From contig NC_086097.1 in assembly GCF_963921235.1 (NCBI RefSeq), positions 249,986,001-250,050,000 on the forward strand: a stretch of 64,000 bases of DNA, in the 5' to 3' direction. Under the pieces are notes generated by a model. That model was not told where the DNA came from, searched no databases, and saw only the letters and a program-made list of their open reading frames with translations. Below are positions 25,901-37,900 of this stretch, piece after piece. Position numbers and translations under genes: made by a program. How positions within the stretch are numbered: position 1 is the stretch's first letter; each line of letters starts with the position of its first letter. The stretch comes from Mobula hypostoma. Taxonomy: Eukaryota.

Positions 25901-28900
25901 GAGGAGGTGACCAGGAAAGTGGATGAAGGGAAGGCAGTGGATATTGTCTACATGGACTTCAGTAAGGCCTTTGACAAGGTCCCGCATGGGAGGTTAGGTA
26001 GGAAATTCAGTCGCTAGGTATACATGGAGAGGTGGTAAATTGGATTAAGCATTGGCTCAATGGAAGAAGCCAAAGAGTGGTAGTAGGGAATTGCTTCTCC
26101 GAGTGGAGGCCTGTGACTAGTGGTGTGCCATAGGGATCAGTGCTGGGTCCATTGTTATTTGTCATCTATATCAATGATCTGGATGATAATGTGGTAAATT
26201 GGATCAGCAAATTTGCTGATGATACAAAGATTGGAGGTGTAGTAGACAGTGAGGAAGGTTTTCAGAGCCTGCAGAGGGACTTGGACCAGCTGGAAAAATG
26301 GGCTGAAAAATGGCAGATGGAGTTTAATACAGACAACTGTGAGGTATTGCATGTTGGAAGGACAAACCAAGGTAGAACATACAGGGTTAATGGTAAGGCA
26401 CTGAGGAGTGCAGTGGAACAGAGGGATCTGGGAATACAGATACAGAATTCCCTAAAAGTGTCGTCACAGGTAGATAGGGTCATAAAGAGAGCTTTTGGTA
26501 CATTGGCCTTTATTAATCAAAGTATTGAGTATAAGAGCTGGAATGTTATGATGAGGTTGTATAAGGCATTGGTGAGGCCGAATCTGGAGTATTGTGTTCA
26601 GTTTTGGTCACCAAATTACAGGAAGTATATAAATAAGGTTGAAAGAGTGCAGAGAAGGTTTACAAGGGTGTTGCCGGGACTTGAGAAACTCAGTTACAGA
26701 GAAAGGTCGAATAGGTTAGGACCTTATTCCCTGGAGCGTAGAAGAATGAGGGGAGATTTGATAGAGGTATATAAAATTATGATGGGTATAGATAGAGTGA
26801 ATGCAAGCAGGCTTTTTCCACTGAGGCAAGGGGAGAAAAAAACCAGAGGACATGGGTTAAGGGTGAGGGGGGAAAAGTTTAAAGGGAACATTAGGGGGGG
26901 CTTCTTCAAACAGAGAGTGGTGGGAGTATGGAATGAGCTGCCAGACGAGGTGGTAAATGCGAGTTCTTTTTTAACATTTAAGAATAAATTGGACAGATAC
27001 ATGGATGGGAGGTGTATGGAGGGATATGGTCTGTGTGCAGGTCAGTGTGACTAGGCAGAAAATGGTTCGGCACAGCCAAGAAAGGCCAAAAAGCCTTTTT
27101 TCTGTGCTGTAGTTTCTATGGTATGGTTTCTATGTATGGGGCAGTAATGTTTGGAATTCTCTGTTTCTGGGAGTTTTGGGGGCTTAGTGACCAAATATAT
27201 TGGAGACTGAGGTTGGTAGAATTTTCGGGCTTTACAAGAATCAACGAATAAGGGCATTTGCAGAAGGATGGCGGTGAGGTAAAAGATTAGCCATAATCAC
27301 AAGGGCTGCTACAGGTGCTGGAAGTGCAGAATAACACACAAAATGCTGGAATTTTGCACAAAGGGCCTGTAATGTGCTGAATTGCACAAATTCAGCACAT
27401 TATAGGCCCTTTGGCTCACAATGTTGTGCCAACCATGTAACCTACTCTAGAAACTGCCTAAAATTACCCCACCGCATAGCCCTCTATTTTTCTAAGATCC
27501 ATGTACTTATCTAAGAGTCTCTTAAAAGACCCTATTGTATCCACCTCCACCACTGTCACCGGCAGTGCACTGTTGCCCACCACTCTCTCTGTGGAAAAAC
27601 TTAATTCTGATATCCTCCTCCAACCTACTTCCAAGCACCTTAAAACTAGGCCCCTTTGTGTTAGCCATTTCAGCCCCCTGGGGAAAAAGCCTCTGGCTAT
27701 CCACATGATCAATCCCTCTCATCCTCTGTTGCTCCAAGGAGGAAAGGTCAAGTTCACTCAACCTGTTCTCATAAGGCATGCTCTCCAATCCAGGCAACAT
27801 CCTTATAAATCTCCTCTGCACTCTTTTTATAGTTTCCACATCCTTCCTGTAGTGAGGTGACCAGAACTGAACACAGTACACCAAGTGGGGTCTGACCAAG
27901 GTCTTATATAGCTGTAATATTATATTACGGCTCTTGAACTCAATCCTACAGTTGATGAATGCCAACACACCATAAGCTTTCTGAACTCAGCAGGTCAAGC
28001 AGCATTTACGGAAATTAATAAGCAGTGGCTGTTTCTGGAAGAGACAGTCCTGATGAAGGCAGAAAAGAACCAAGGCATGCGATGATCTCATATTTTTGTA
28101 TGTTCTTCCATGGTATAGCAAATAAGAAATATTCTATGTTATAGGGCCATTTTGTTGGAAATTTCCATGTTTAATAAAGATGGAATTATTAAAAGCTTAA
28201 ATATTTTTCTCTAGTCAGGTGAAAATCTAAGAAAATCAGTTTGATAGAGCTTGTGAATTGGGCTGAATAAGTTTGCTGCTACACGAGTTGTAAATATGTT
28301 CAAAAAGTTCAAAGTAAATTTATTAAAGTACATACAGCACTATGCAGAAGTCAGGCACATGTAAAAAATTCTGTAAAGCAAAGACACTATCAAGAATAAT
28401 GAAATTAAGTTTCTAAATATCAGAAACATTACTATAAAGTGCAGTAAATAGTAAAAAACTAAATCAAATCAATATTTGGTGTGACCATTCTTTGTCTTTA
28501 AAACTTTATCAATTCTCTTAGGTACACACTGTTTGTTGTGCAGTTTTATAAGAGTCAGCTGGTATGTTGTTCCAAGCATCTTGGAGATCTTGCCACAGTT
28601 CTTCTGCAGCCTTTGGCTTTCTCACTTGCTTCTGTCTCTCCAGCTAACCCCAGACAGCCTCACAAGTGTTCAGACCAGGACTCTGAAGGCTATACCATCT
28701 TTTGCAGAACTCCTTGTTCTTCTCTTCATGAAATTTCTGCTTGGTAGAGACCATGATGATGTAGGATGACTATTTGTGTCTTGTTGCTCTGCTCACTGTT
28801 GACGTGGTGTAAGAATGGATGATATGAAGGTTAAACTGTCATGTCTGCCATCCCCTCACCTTTTAGTTTGGTTGCTCTTCACCCAGTTTGATTCCTTCAC

Positions 28901-31900
28901 CTATTTCTGTTTAAGTTCATCAGTAGTTCAACTCATTATGTCATTGATCATTAGTGCCCATTTATTATCTGTGTTTAATCATGCACTGGCCTATATACCT
29001 ACATTGTAATCTTTTTGAAAAGAGATCTATTAATTTGTTACTTTCTTTAATGCAATACCAAAAAAAATTCTAGAACATTTAATTTTTTTGGAAAGTGAAT
29101 GTTTGGAAATCCAAAATTTGCTCTTTTCTATTGCACACTAATACAGAAGACAAAAGATAAACATCAAAAACAAAATTTACTAGACAACGGGGTGACCAGT
29201 TGGGGCAGCCTTTGACAGAAGGGTAGTGCAGTCTGATGTGACCAGAATGAGCATTAAATTTTCCTGAATGCTATTGCTATCTCTTTGATTTGGAAATTAA
29301 AGAAGAAAAACTCAGCTTATGAAAGAAGAAAGACGCATAGCAAGACAAATATGTGACCAGAATGAACATTAAGTATCCATGAAGTAAATTTGAAGGAATC
29401 GGGCTTGCTGGGTCAGGTGTGGAATTAAATGTCTGATGTAATGATGGATTTGGCCTTGAATAATCACACAAAGATTCCATTGATTCCCAGTTGGAATGTC
29501 TCCTTTGGCACCAAAGGATGTCATTTGGAAGAGGCAATTGTATTGTCTGATGTTCTTCCTGAACTCGTTTGCAATAGGTTCATCATTGCTGTACAAATTG
29601 AGGAGTTCATTAGGTAGAGGCTGCAAATTGCCTATCCTGACCTTTCCCTTCATACAGCAGAAATGTGCGGTTTCTCCAGTGAATAGGAAGGCACGACAAT
29701 GAGGGCATACCCTGGTCATCGAACCAACATCAGCAGAAACGTGATGGCATGCGAGTCGTGCATTTTGCCTTGCTCTTTCTCTGTCAAGGTATTGTCGTCG
29801 AAAACGGCCATTGTCATCTTCAGCAACTCTCGCAATAATTACTCTGTGCCACATATTCTCGAGCTGATCTTTCCTTTTCTCCTCTGTCTCTTCCTCTCTC
29901 CTCCTTCTCTGCCTGTTTTTGTCATTCTGGAGACACACAGCCCTTTCGTCCTTCGTCTCTTCATCTCTTCTACCATTTGTTCTTTCTCTCCTGAAGTTGT
30001 GCGGCCCTAGCCTGATTGGATTCTTGTTCTCTCCTCCGTCTGTGCATATTGTTGTCATTTTGGAGACGTGCATGCCTGTCCTCCTTTGTCTCGCCTTCTC
30101 TCATCTTTTGTCCTGACTCTTTGATCCTGGAGTCGTGCGGCCCTGGCCTCATCCGATTGTTGTTCTCTCCCGGTCTCCGTGGAAGGTGGAGTGGCTCTGT
30201 GAGCATCCTGCGGCGCTGCTGAGGCTGGCCGTGCGCATGCGTCGGGCTGTGGCGTCCCGATTTCCATGATGGCCTATTGGGTCTCGGGTGAAAGGCAGCC
30301 TGTTGAATTTTGGCGAATGAGCAATTTTTTACAAATATATATCCCTGAACTTTGCCTGCATTCTGTAAGTTAGTGCATTTCAATTCGATTTAGCCAAAAA
30401 AAAAAGTGCCGCTGTAAAGCACCGTTTGCGCTAATTGGAGGTCACAAACAGACAGAGCATGAGAGTTTTAGTAGTATATAGATATAAAATATCTAGGGTG
30501 CTTAAGACTTATGTCACCATATCCAACCCTGAGATTCATTTTCTTGTGGGCATTCAAGAAAGAATGCAAGACTGTTCCCAAAAGGACGGACAATCAATGT
30601 GCAAAAGGGAACACACTGTGCAAACACAAAAGCAATAAATATTGAGAACATGAGATGAAGAGACCTTGAAAGTGAGTCTATAGGCTGTGGGAACAGTTCA
30701 GTGTGGGATGAGTGAAGTTATCCCCTCTGGTTCAAAAGCCTGATGGTTGATGGGTGATAACAGTTATTATCTGGTGGTGTGAGTCCTGAGTCTCCTGTAC
30801 CTTCTTCCTTATGGCAGCAGTGAGAGGAGGGCATAACTTTGATGGAGGGGACCTGATGGCTGCTGCTTTTCTGTGACAGTGCTGAAATTTATGTAGAATC
30901 TTTGACTTTGATTTAATGGTATTTTTATTACATTGGAAGGACACATTTCACATTTTGATATCATACTTTACAGGTAACACATTTCTGCCTGCCCCAATTG
31001 TTGCCACTTCTGAAACATACCACGTCCTTTCTTCATGAGATTTTTGAGTTCTATGAAGAGATCCTGACCTGCAGATACCCCTATGCCTATTATAAGACTG
31101 TATTTGTTGATGAAGCCTATGTCGAAGTAGCTTCATATGCTTCTATGAGTATCTTAAGGTGAGTCTGTTGGAGCAGTTTTTTTGCTGGAGGTGTTGACAT
31201 TCCATAAAGTAAGACTACATGAAATGATATTAGACTGCATGCAAATGTTTGTCAGCTTCCTCTTGAGATGGATTTGCCAGAGCATTCTTAAGGGAATTGA
31301 AAAGTGCAAGTTTGAAATGATTTTCAGGATTATGCTTGACAGTGAAAGGTGTTTGAAGCTTTAGCACAGTGCACATCTGTGATGCTTGTAACGTGAACAA
31401 AATCACCAGAGAGACACTGACGCTAGTGGATACAGAAGTGTTTTATCTAACGAAAATGAGCAGCAGGCATTTTATTGAGATACTTTTGGAGGAAGAGGCC
31501 TCCTGACCCAATATTACATGACATTTTTATATACTAAGCAGGACTATTGTATAGCTACAATGTATCTACAATGCTTCTGTTTAATTACAAATAGTTTTCA
31601 AACCCCAATTTCTTCATACCCACACATCAGACACCCAAAATGTATTAATTAGCATTGTCTGGTTAGCAATCAACTCCAGCCCACAGCTCCAGGAAAACCA
31701 TTGTTCAGCGTTGATTTTAAATTCAATCTATAATCCACGTTCATGCCTGAAGATTGGTTGCTGATGAAGTTAATATTTGCTATATCCGTTAACTCCAGAA
31801 TACGCCCTAACAATGCTTTCATTGGTAAGCTGCAGTTCAGAAAAACAACCAGTTGTACCAGGAGGATTATGGTTTTCAGTTAGTAGTTTGTGTTAATTAG

Positions 31901-34900
31901 CTTCTGCTTGTTAAGGTGCATAAGTTTAAGATGTAAATTATCTGCTTAAAATTTTTATATTGAAAATTGGAGAAACACTTTGAGTTGACCTTCCACGCAT
32001 CACCATTTTGACTAACCTTTCCTACTCGAGGTTTTGCAGCCAGTTGCTATGAAACTTAAGAGCAGAATTAAGCCATTTAGACCATCAAGTCAGCTGTGCC
32101 ATTCCATTATGGCTGAGGTACTTTCACTCTCCTGCCTTCTCCCTGTAACTTTGACACCCTGACTAATCAGGAACCTATCAGCCCCCGAACTTAAATATAA
32201 CCAATGACTTGGCCTTCACAGCAGTCTGTGTCAATGATTTCCAGATTCATCGCACTCTGACGAAAGAAATTCCTCTGCATTTCTGTTCTAAAAAGATGTC
32301 TTTGTATTCTGAGGCTGTGCCCTCTGGTCCTAGACTGTCCCAAACCAGTATGGTTTCCTGAAAGGAAAATCCTGCCTGACAAACCTACTGCAATTCTTTG
32401 AGGAAATTACAAGCAGGGTAGACAAAGGAGATGCAGTAGATGTGGTGTACTTGGATTTTCAGAAGGCCTTTGGCAAGATGCTGCACATGAGGCTGCTTAA
32501 CAAGGTAAGAGCCCATGGAATTACAGGGGAGTTACCAGCATGGGTGGGGCATTGGCTGGTCAGCAGAAAACGGAGATTGGGAATGAAGGGATCCTATTCT
32601 GGCTGGCTGCTGGTTACCAGTGGAGTTCCACAGGGGTCTATGTTGGGACCGCTGCTTTTTACGACGTATGTTAATGATTTGGACGATGGTATTAATGGAT
32701 TTGTGGCTAAATTTGTCGATGATACAAAGATAGGTGGAGGAGCAGGTAGTGTTGAGGAAACAGAGAGCCTGCAGAGAGACTCGGATAGTTTAGGGGAATG
32801 GGCAAAGAAGTGGCAAATGAAATACAATGTTGAATGTTGGAAAGTGTTTGGTCATGCACTTTGGTGGAAGAAATAAACGAGCAGACTATTATTTAAATGG
32901 GGGGAGAATTCAAAATGCAGAAATGCAAAGGGACGTGGGAGTCCTTGTGCAAGATACCCTAAAGGTTAACCTCCAGGCTGAGTCGGTTGTGAAGAAGGCA
33001 AATGTAATGTTGGCATTCATTTCTAGAGATATAGAATATAAGAGCAGGGATGTGATGTTGAGGCTCTATGAGGCACTCGTGAGACCACACTTGGAGTATT
33101 GTGTGCAGTTTTGGGCTCCTTATTTTAGTAAGGATATACTGACATTGGAGAGGGTTCAGAGAAGGTTTACGTGAATGATTCCAGGAATGAAAGGGTTACC
33201 GTGTGAGGAACATCTGGCAGCTCTTGGGCTGTATTCCCTGGAGTTCAGGAGAATGAGGGGCATCCCATAGAAACATTCCAAATGTTAAAAGGTCTGAACA
33301 GATTAGATATGGCAGTTATTTCCCATGGTAGGGGATTCTAGGACAAGAGGGCACGACTTCAGGATTGAAGGACGTCCATTTAGAAGGGAGATGCGGAGAA
33401 ATTACTTTAGTCAGAGGGTGGTAAATCTGTGGAATTGTTGCCACAAGCCGCTGTGGAGACCAAGTCATTGGGTGTATTGAAGGCAGAGATAGATAGGTTC
33501 TTGATTAGCCAGGGCATCAAAGGGTATGGGGTGAAGGCAGGTGAATGGGGATGACTGGAATTGGATCAGCCCACGATTGAATGGCAGACTCGATGGGCCA
33601 AATGGCCTACTTCTCCTAAATCTTATGGCCTTATGATCATAGAAAACATCCTCTCCACATCCATTCTATCTAGGCCTTTCAATATTTGCTAGGTTTCAAT
33701 TCTTCTGAGATTTAGAAGAATCACAGCTCATTCTTCTATACTCCAGTGAGTACAGGCCCATTGCTATTGGATGCTCCTCATACAGTAACACTTCCATTTC
33801 CAGGATAATTCTCAAGAACCTTTTCTGGACCCTCTCCAATGCCAGCACATCCTTTCTTAAATATTGGACCCAAAACTGTTCTCAATACTTCAAGTGTGGT
33901 CTGACCAAAGCCTCGTAAAGCCTCAGCATTACACCCTTGCTTTGGTATTCTAGTCCTTGCAAAATAAGGTAGAGTGGATGTGGTGAGGATGCTGGGGGAA
34001 TCTAGGTCCAGAGGGCAGAGCGTTTCAATAGAATTGAGGAAGAATTTCTTTGGCCAGAGGGTGGTGAAGCTGTGAAATTCATTGCTGTGGAGGGCAACTC
34101 ATTGGGTATATTTAAAACAGAGGTTGATAAGTTCTTGGTTAGTAAGGATGCCAAAGGATAAAGGGGAAAAAGTAGGAGAATGTGGCTGAGAGGAATGAGA
34201 AAGCAGCCATGACAGAATGGTGGAGCAGACTCGATGGGCAGAATTACCAGCTTCTAGCCTTCAGTCTAATGGTGTTAAGAATACTTTGCTCTACCATCAT
34301 TTTAACAGCAATTATCTAACTAGACATCGATTATGGACTGAGCCAATGACTTTTGCAATGTTTTCTCTGTGCAACAGTGTCAGGTGTTATTGAATTGACC
34401 TAGCAGGCTAGGTAAAGTTTTGTGAGTTGGGCTTAATTGAGATTGCCTTTGAATGCAATCTCAGCAATATGAGAGCTGTTATGTAACCTTAGTCAAGTTT
34501 CTCTTAAGTTTCTAAGTCAAAGATCATTTCAAATATTAAGTTAAGTGTGAGGTGTTGAATAGTACAGTATGGGGTCCCAGAGTTTTTCCACCCTAGGGCA
34601 ATACGTGGTTTGTGAACTGAAGCTTCATATTTACACATGAGAGCTGACTTTAACGATAAAGATTTCTTATGATTTAATTTCCCAGTTGAAGGAATGGATG
34701 ACTTCTATTAAACAATAAAAAAGCTGAGGTGGAACATATAAAAATGTTGCTTAATCTTATTTGACTGCTGAAATAAAAGTTATGGCTATATTGTTTGTAC
34801 TGGTACGGTGAAATCAAAGTCAGATGCAGCAAGTTACAGACAAAAGGCCCATTGTGATAATATTACTTGTCTCAAGTTTCCTGCAACACCAATCACTATG

Positions 34901-37900
34901 ATTACCAGTTTAGTACTCAATGTATGATATATATCATAAAAGATCAAACTGTAGCATAGGAGAAGTCTAGTTGTGCACCATTACCCCATTTTTGTGCAGT
35001 TGTTTAGTTCCCTTTCTGAATGTTATATTTGTGTCTGTCCTCACTACTGACCCCAGAGATACACCCTGGAGCGTTTGATGGCTCATCTTCTGTAAGTAGT
35101 TTGTATGTTGTACCTACGACTGTGTGGGTTTCCTCTGGGTGCTCCAGTTTCCTCCCACATTCCAAAGACGCAAAGGTTATTGTTAGTAAATTGTGGGCAT
35201 GCTCTGTTGGCGACAGATCAGAATTCCTCCCCTTGTAGTGACATACTCTTCTAAGTTATTTTGGTTTTGTGCTCCTTGCTAGTTCCTTTTAGTTATTTGC
35301 AGTTATTAGTTGTATATTTTCATCTGTTTGTTCTGAACTTTGCCATACAGTTAATGAAAACCACAGCCAATTGTTGTGTTATTATCATGAAGTGAAGGTT
35401 TAAAGAATGAATATGAAAGGACTGGCAAGCTTCCAGTAATTCAGAGAGCTGATTAATTCCTGCAAGCGACAGATATAGTACACCTACCGATTCACTTCCT
35501 CCCTCATCTCCATTCAGGCCCCTAACAGTCCTTCCAGGTGAGCTAACACTTCACCTGTGAATCTGTTGAAGTTACCTTTTGTATCCAGAACTCCTGATAT
35601 GGCCTCATCTACATTGGTGAGACCGGACATAAATTGGAGGACTGCTTTGTCGAGCACTTCAGTCCCATTTACCAAAAGTGGAATTTCTCTGGCCAACCAT
35701 TTCATTTCTTATCTCCATCCTGTTCCGACATGTTGGTCCGTGGCTTCTTGTTCTGCCGTGACGAGGTGACTCTCAGCAGCAACACTTCATATTCTATCTA
35801 GGTAGCCTTCAACTTGATGGCATGAACATTGATTTCTCCTTCCAGTAATTTTTTCCTCTGTTTATTCTTTTCCTCTCCCCCAATCCTCTTTCTCTATTCC
35901 CCACTCTGGCCTCTTACCTCTTCTTCTCTCTGCCTATCATCTCCCTTTGGTGCCCCTCTTTCTTCCCCTTTTCCCATGGTCCATCCTGGTCTCCTATCAG
36001 ATTCCTTCTCCAGCCTTTTACCTTTCGCACCCACCAGACTTCACCTATCACCTTCTAGTTTGTCCTCCTTCCCTTCTGCCCACCTTTTTACTCTGGCATT
36101 TTCCCCTTTCTCGAAGAAGGGTCTCAGTCCGAATAATTGACTGTTTATTCATTTCATAGGTGGTTCCTGACCTGCTGAGTTCCTCCAGCATTTGGTGTGT
36201 GTTGCTCTGATTAAATACAGCGTTTAGCCTGAACTTTTTTTTTTGTTACTTTAAGAGCATAATACTTGTTTTCAAAAAAATATACTGTATAACGCATCTT
36301 TGTCCTATTTTCACACCTCTCATTTAGCACAAACCTCCTGAACAGTGCCATGATTATCGATCAGACGCCTCTTACCAGACGATGTTTAGCTCAAGCTCTG
36401 GCTCAGCAGTTCTTTGGCTGTTTTATTTCCAGAATGTCTTGGTAAGTATATAAAATGGTGGAGTCGATGACATTCTCTGAAATAGTTCCACCATGTTGAT
36501 TGTTTTGTATGGACTCTTTCTGTACTTTAAGTACTACATACATATAAAAAGCTTATAAGCAGCAGACTGGTTTAATATTGGTGTCATCTTGATTCATTTG
36601 TTGGCACCATTGTTCCTTCTAAGCTGCATGGGTGCGCGGCTGCGCAGTAACTGAAATGCTCCTGCGCACATAGCCTTTGTTGCCATGCCACTGGGATAAA
36701 GGCGGATGAGAAAAGTTTACAAAATGTAAAAGATTTTCTTTGTTGTACTGTATTTCATAAAAATCTTCAAATAATAAACAACATCCAAAGTATATAATTT
36801 TTTTCCTTTCATTCTCGGTATTCATAGTATACATATTGCAAAGAACGAAAGTGCCAGGCAGTGAATGAACTGAATGATCTTTATTGTCATTATACATAGG
36901 TACAATGAAACTCTGTTTGGCTTCCTCTCAGGCAATTAAATAAAGCGGTAGGTAAAAACAAGACAGTAATAGAAAAACAGTATTAAATAGATAAGTAGCA
37001 GAAAATAAGTTGCAGTAGCACCAGAATATCACAGTAATGCTCCAAATGCCGTTAGTGCGAATATTTGAGTCCTCGTGTGTGCTTTCAGTTTCAGTCATTG
37101 TTCTGTGGGAGTGGTGTGATGGAGGCCACAGCTCTGGGATAGAAGCTGCTCCTCTGTCTATTTGTTCTGGCTTTTAGTATCCTGAACCTTTTGCTGGACG
37201 GCAGTGGGTCAAACAGGGAGTGGCCGGGGTGTGTGGTGTCTCTGGTTATGCTGATTGCTTTCCTCCTGAGTCTGCTGGAATAGATGGTGTCCAGTCCTGG
37301 GAGCTCCATCCTGACAATTCGCTGGGCCGCCTTCACCACGCGATGCAGGTCTTGTCGCTCAGCGGCTGTGCAGCTGACATACCACACTGTGGCGCTGTCG
37401 GTCAGGATGGTTTCAATTGTGCTTCTGTAGAAGTTAAGCAACAGCTTTTGTGGGAGTTTGGCCTGTTTCAGCTTTCTGACGAAGAAGAGTCTTTGTTGTG
37501 CCTTTTTTTACAAGCAGCGAGGTGTTGGTAGTCCATGTCAGCTGTTTTGACAATATAACTCCAAGGAACTTTAGGTTTTCCACACTTTCAACTACCTCTC
37601 CATGTATATGGAGGGGGGTGTGTACTCTGTCCTTTCATCTCCTGAAGTCAATCATCATCTCTTTTGTTTTAGAAGTCTTAAGGACCAGGTCGTTGTCCTT
37701 ACACCACTTCGTCAGATGATTCACCTCAAGCCTGTAGGCTGTTTCATCCTCGTCCAAGATCAGTTACTGTGGTATCGTCCGCAAATTTAATTATAGAGTT
37801 GGAGGTGCAGACATGTGTGAAGAGTGTGTAGAGCACAGAGCTCAGCGCACAGCCCTGCGGGGTGCCTATTTTTAAGATGAGGGTGGTGGAGGTGTGCTTA

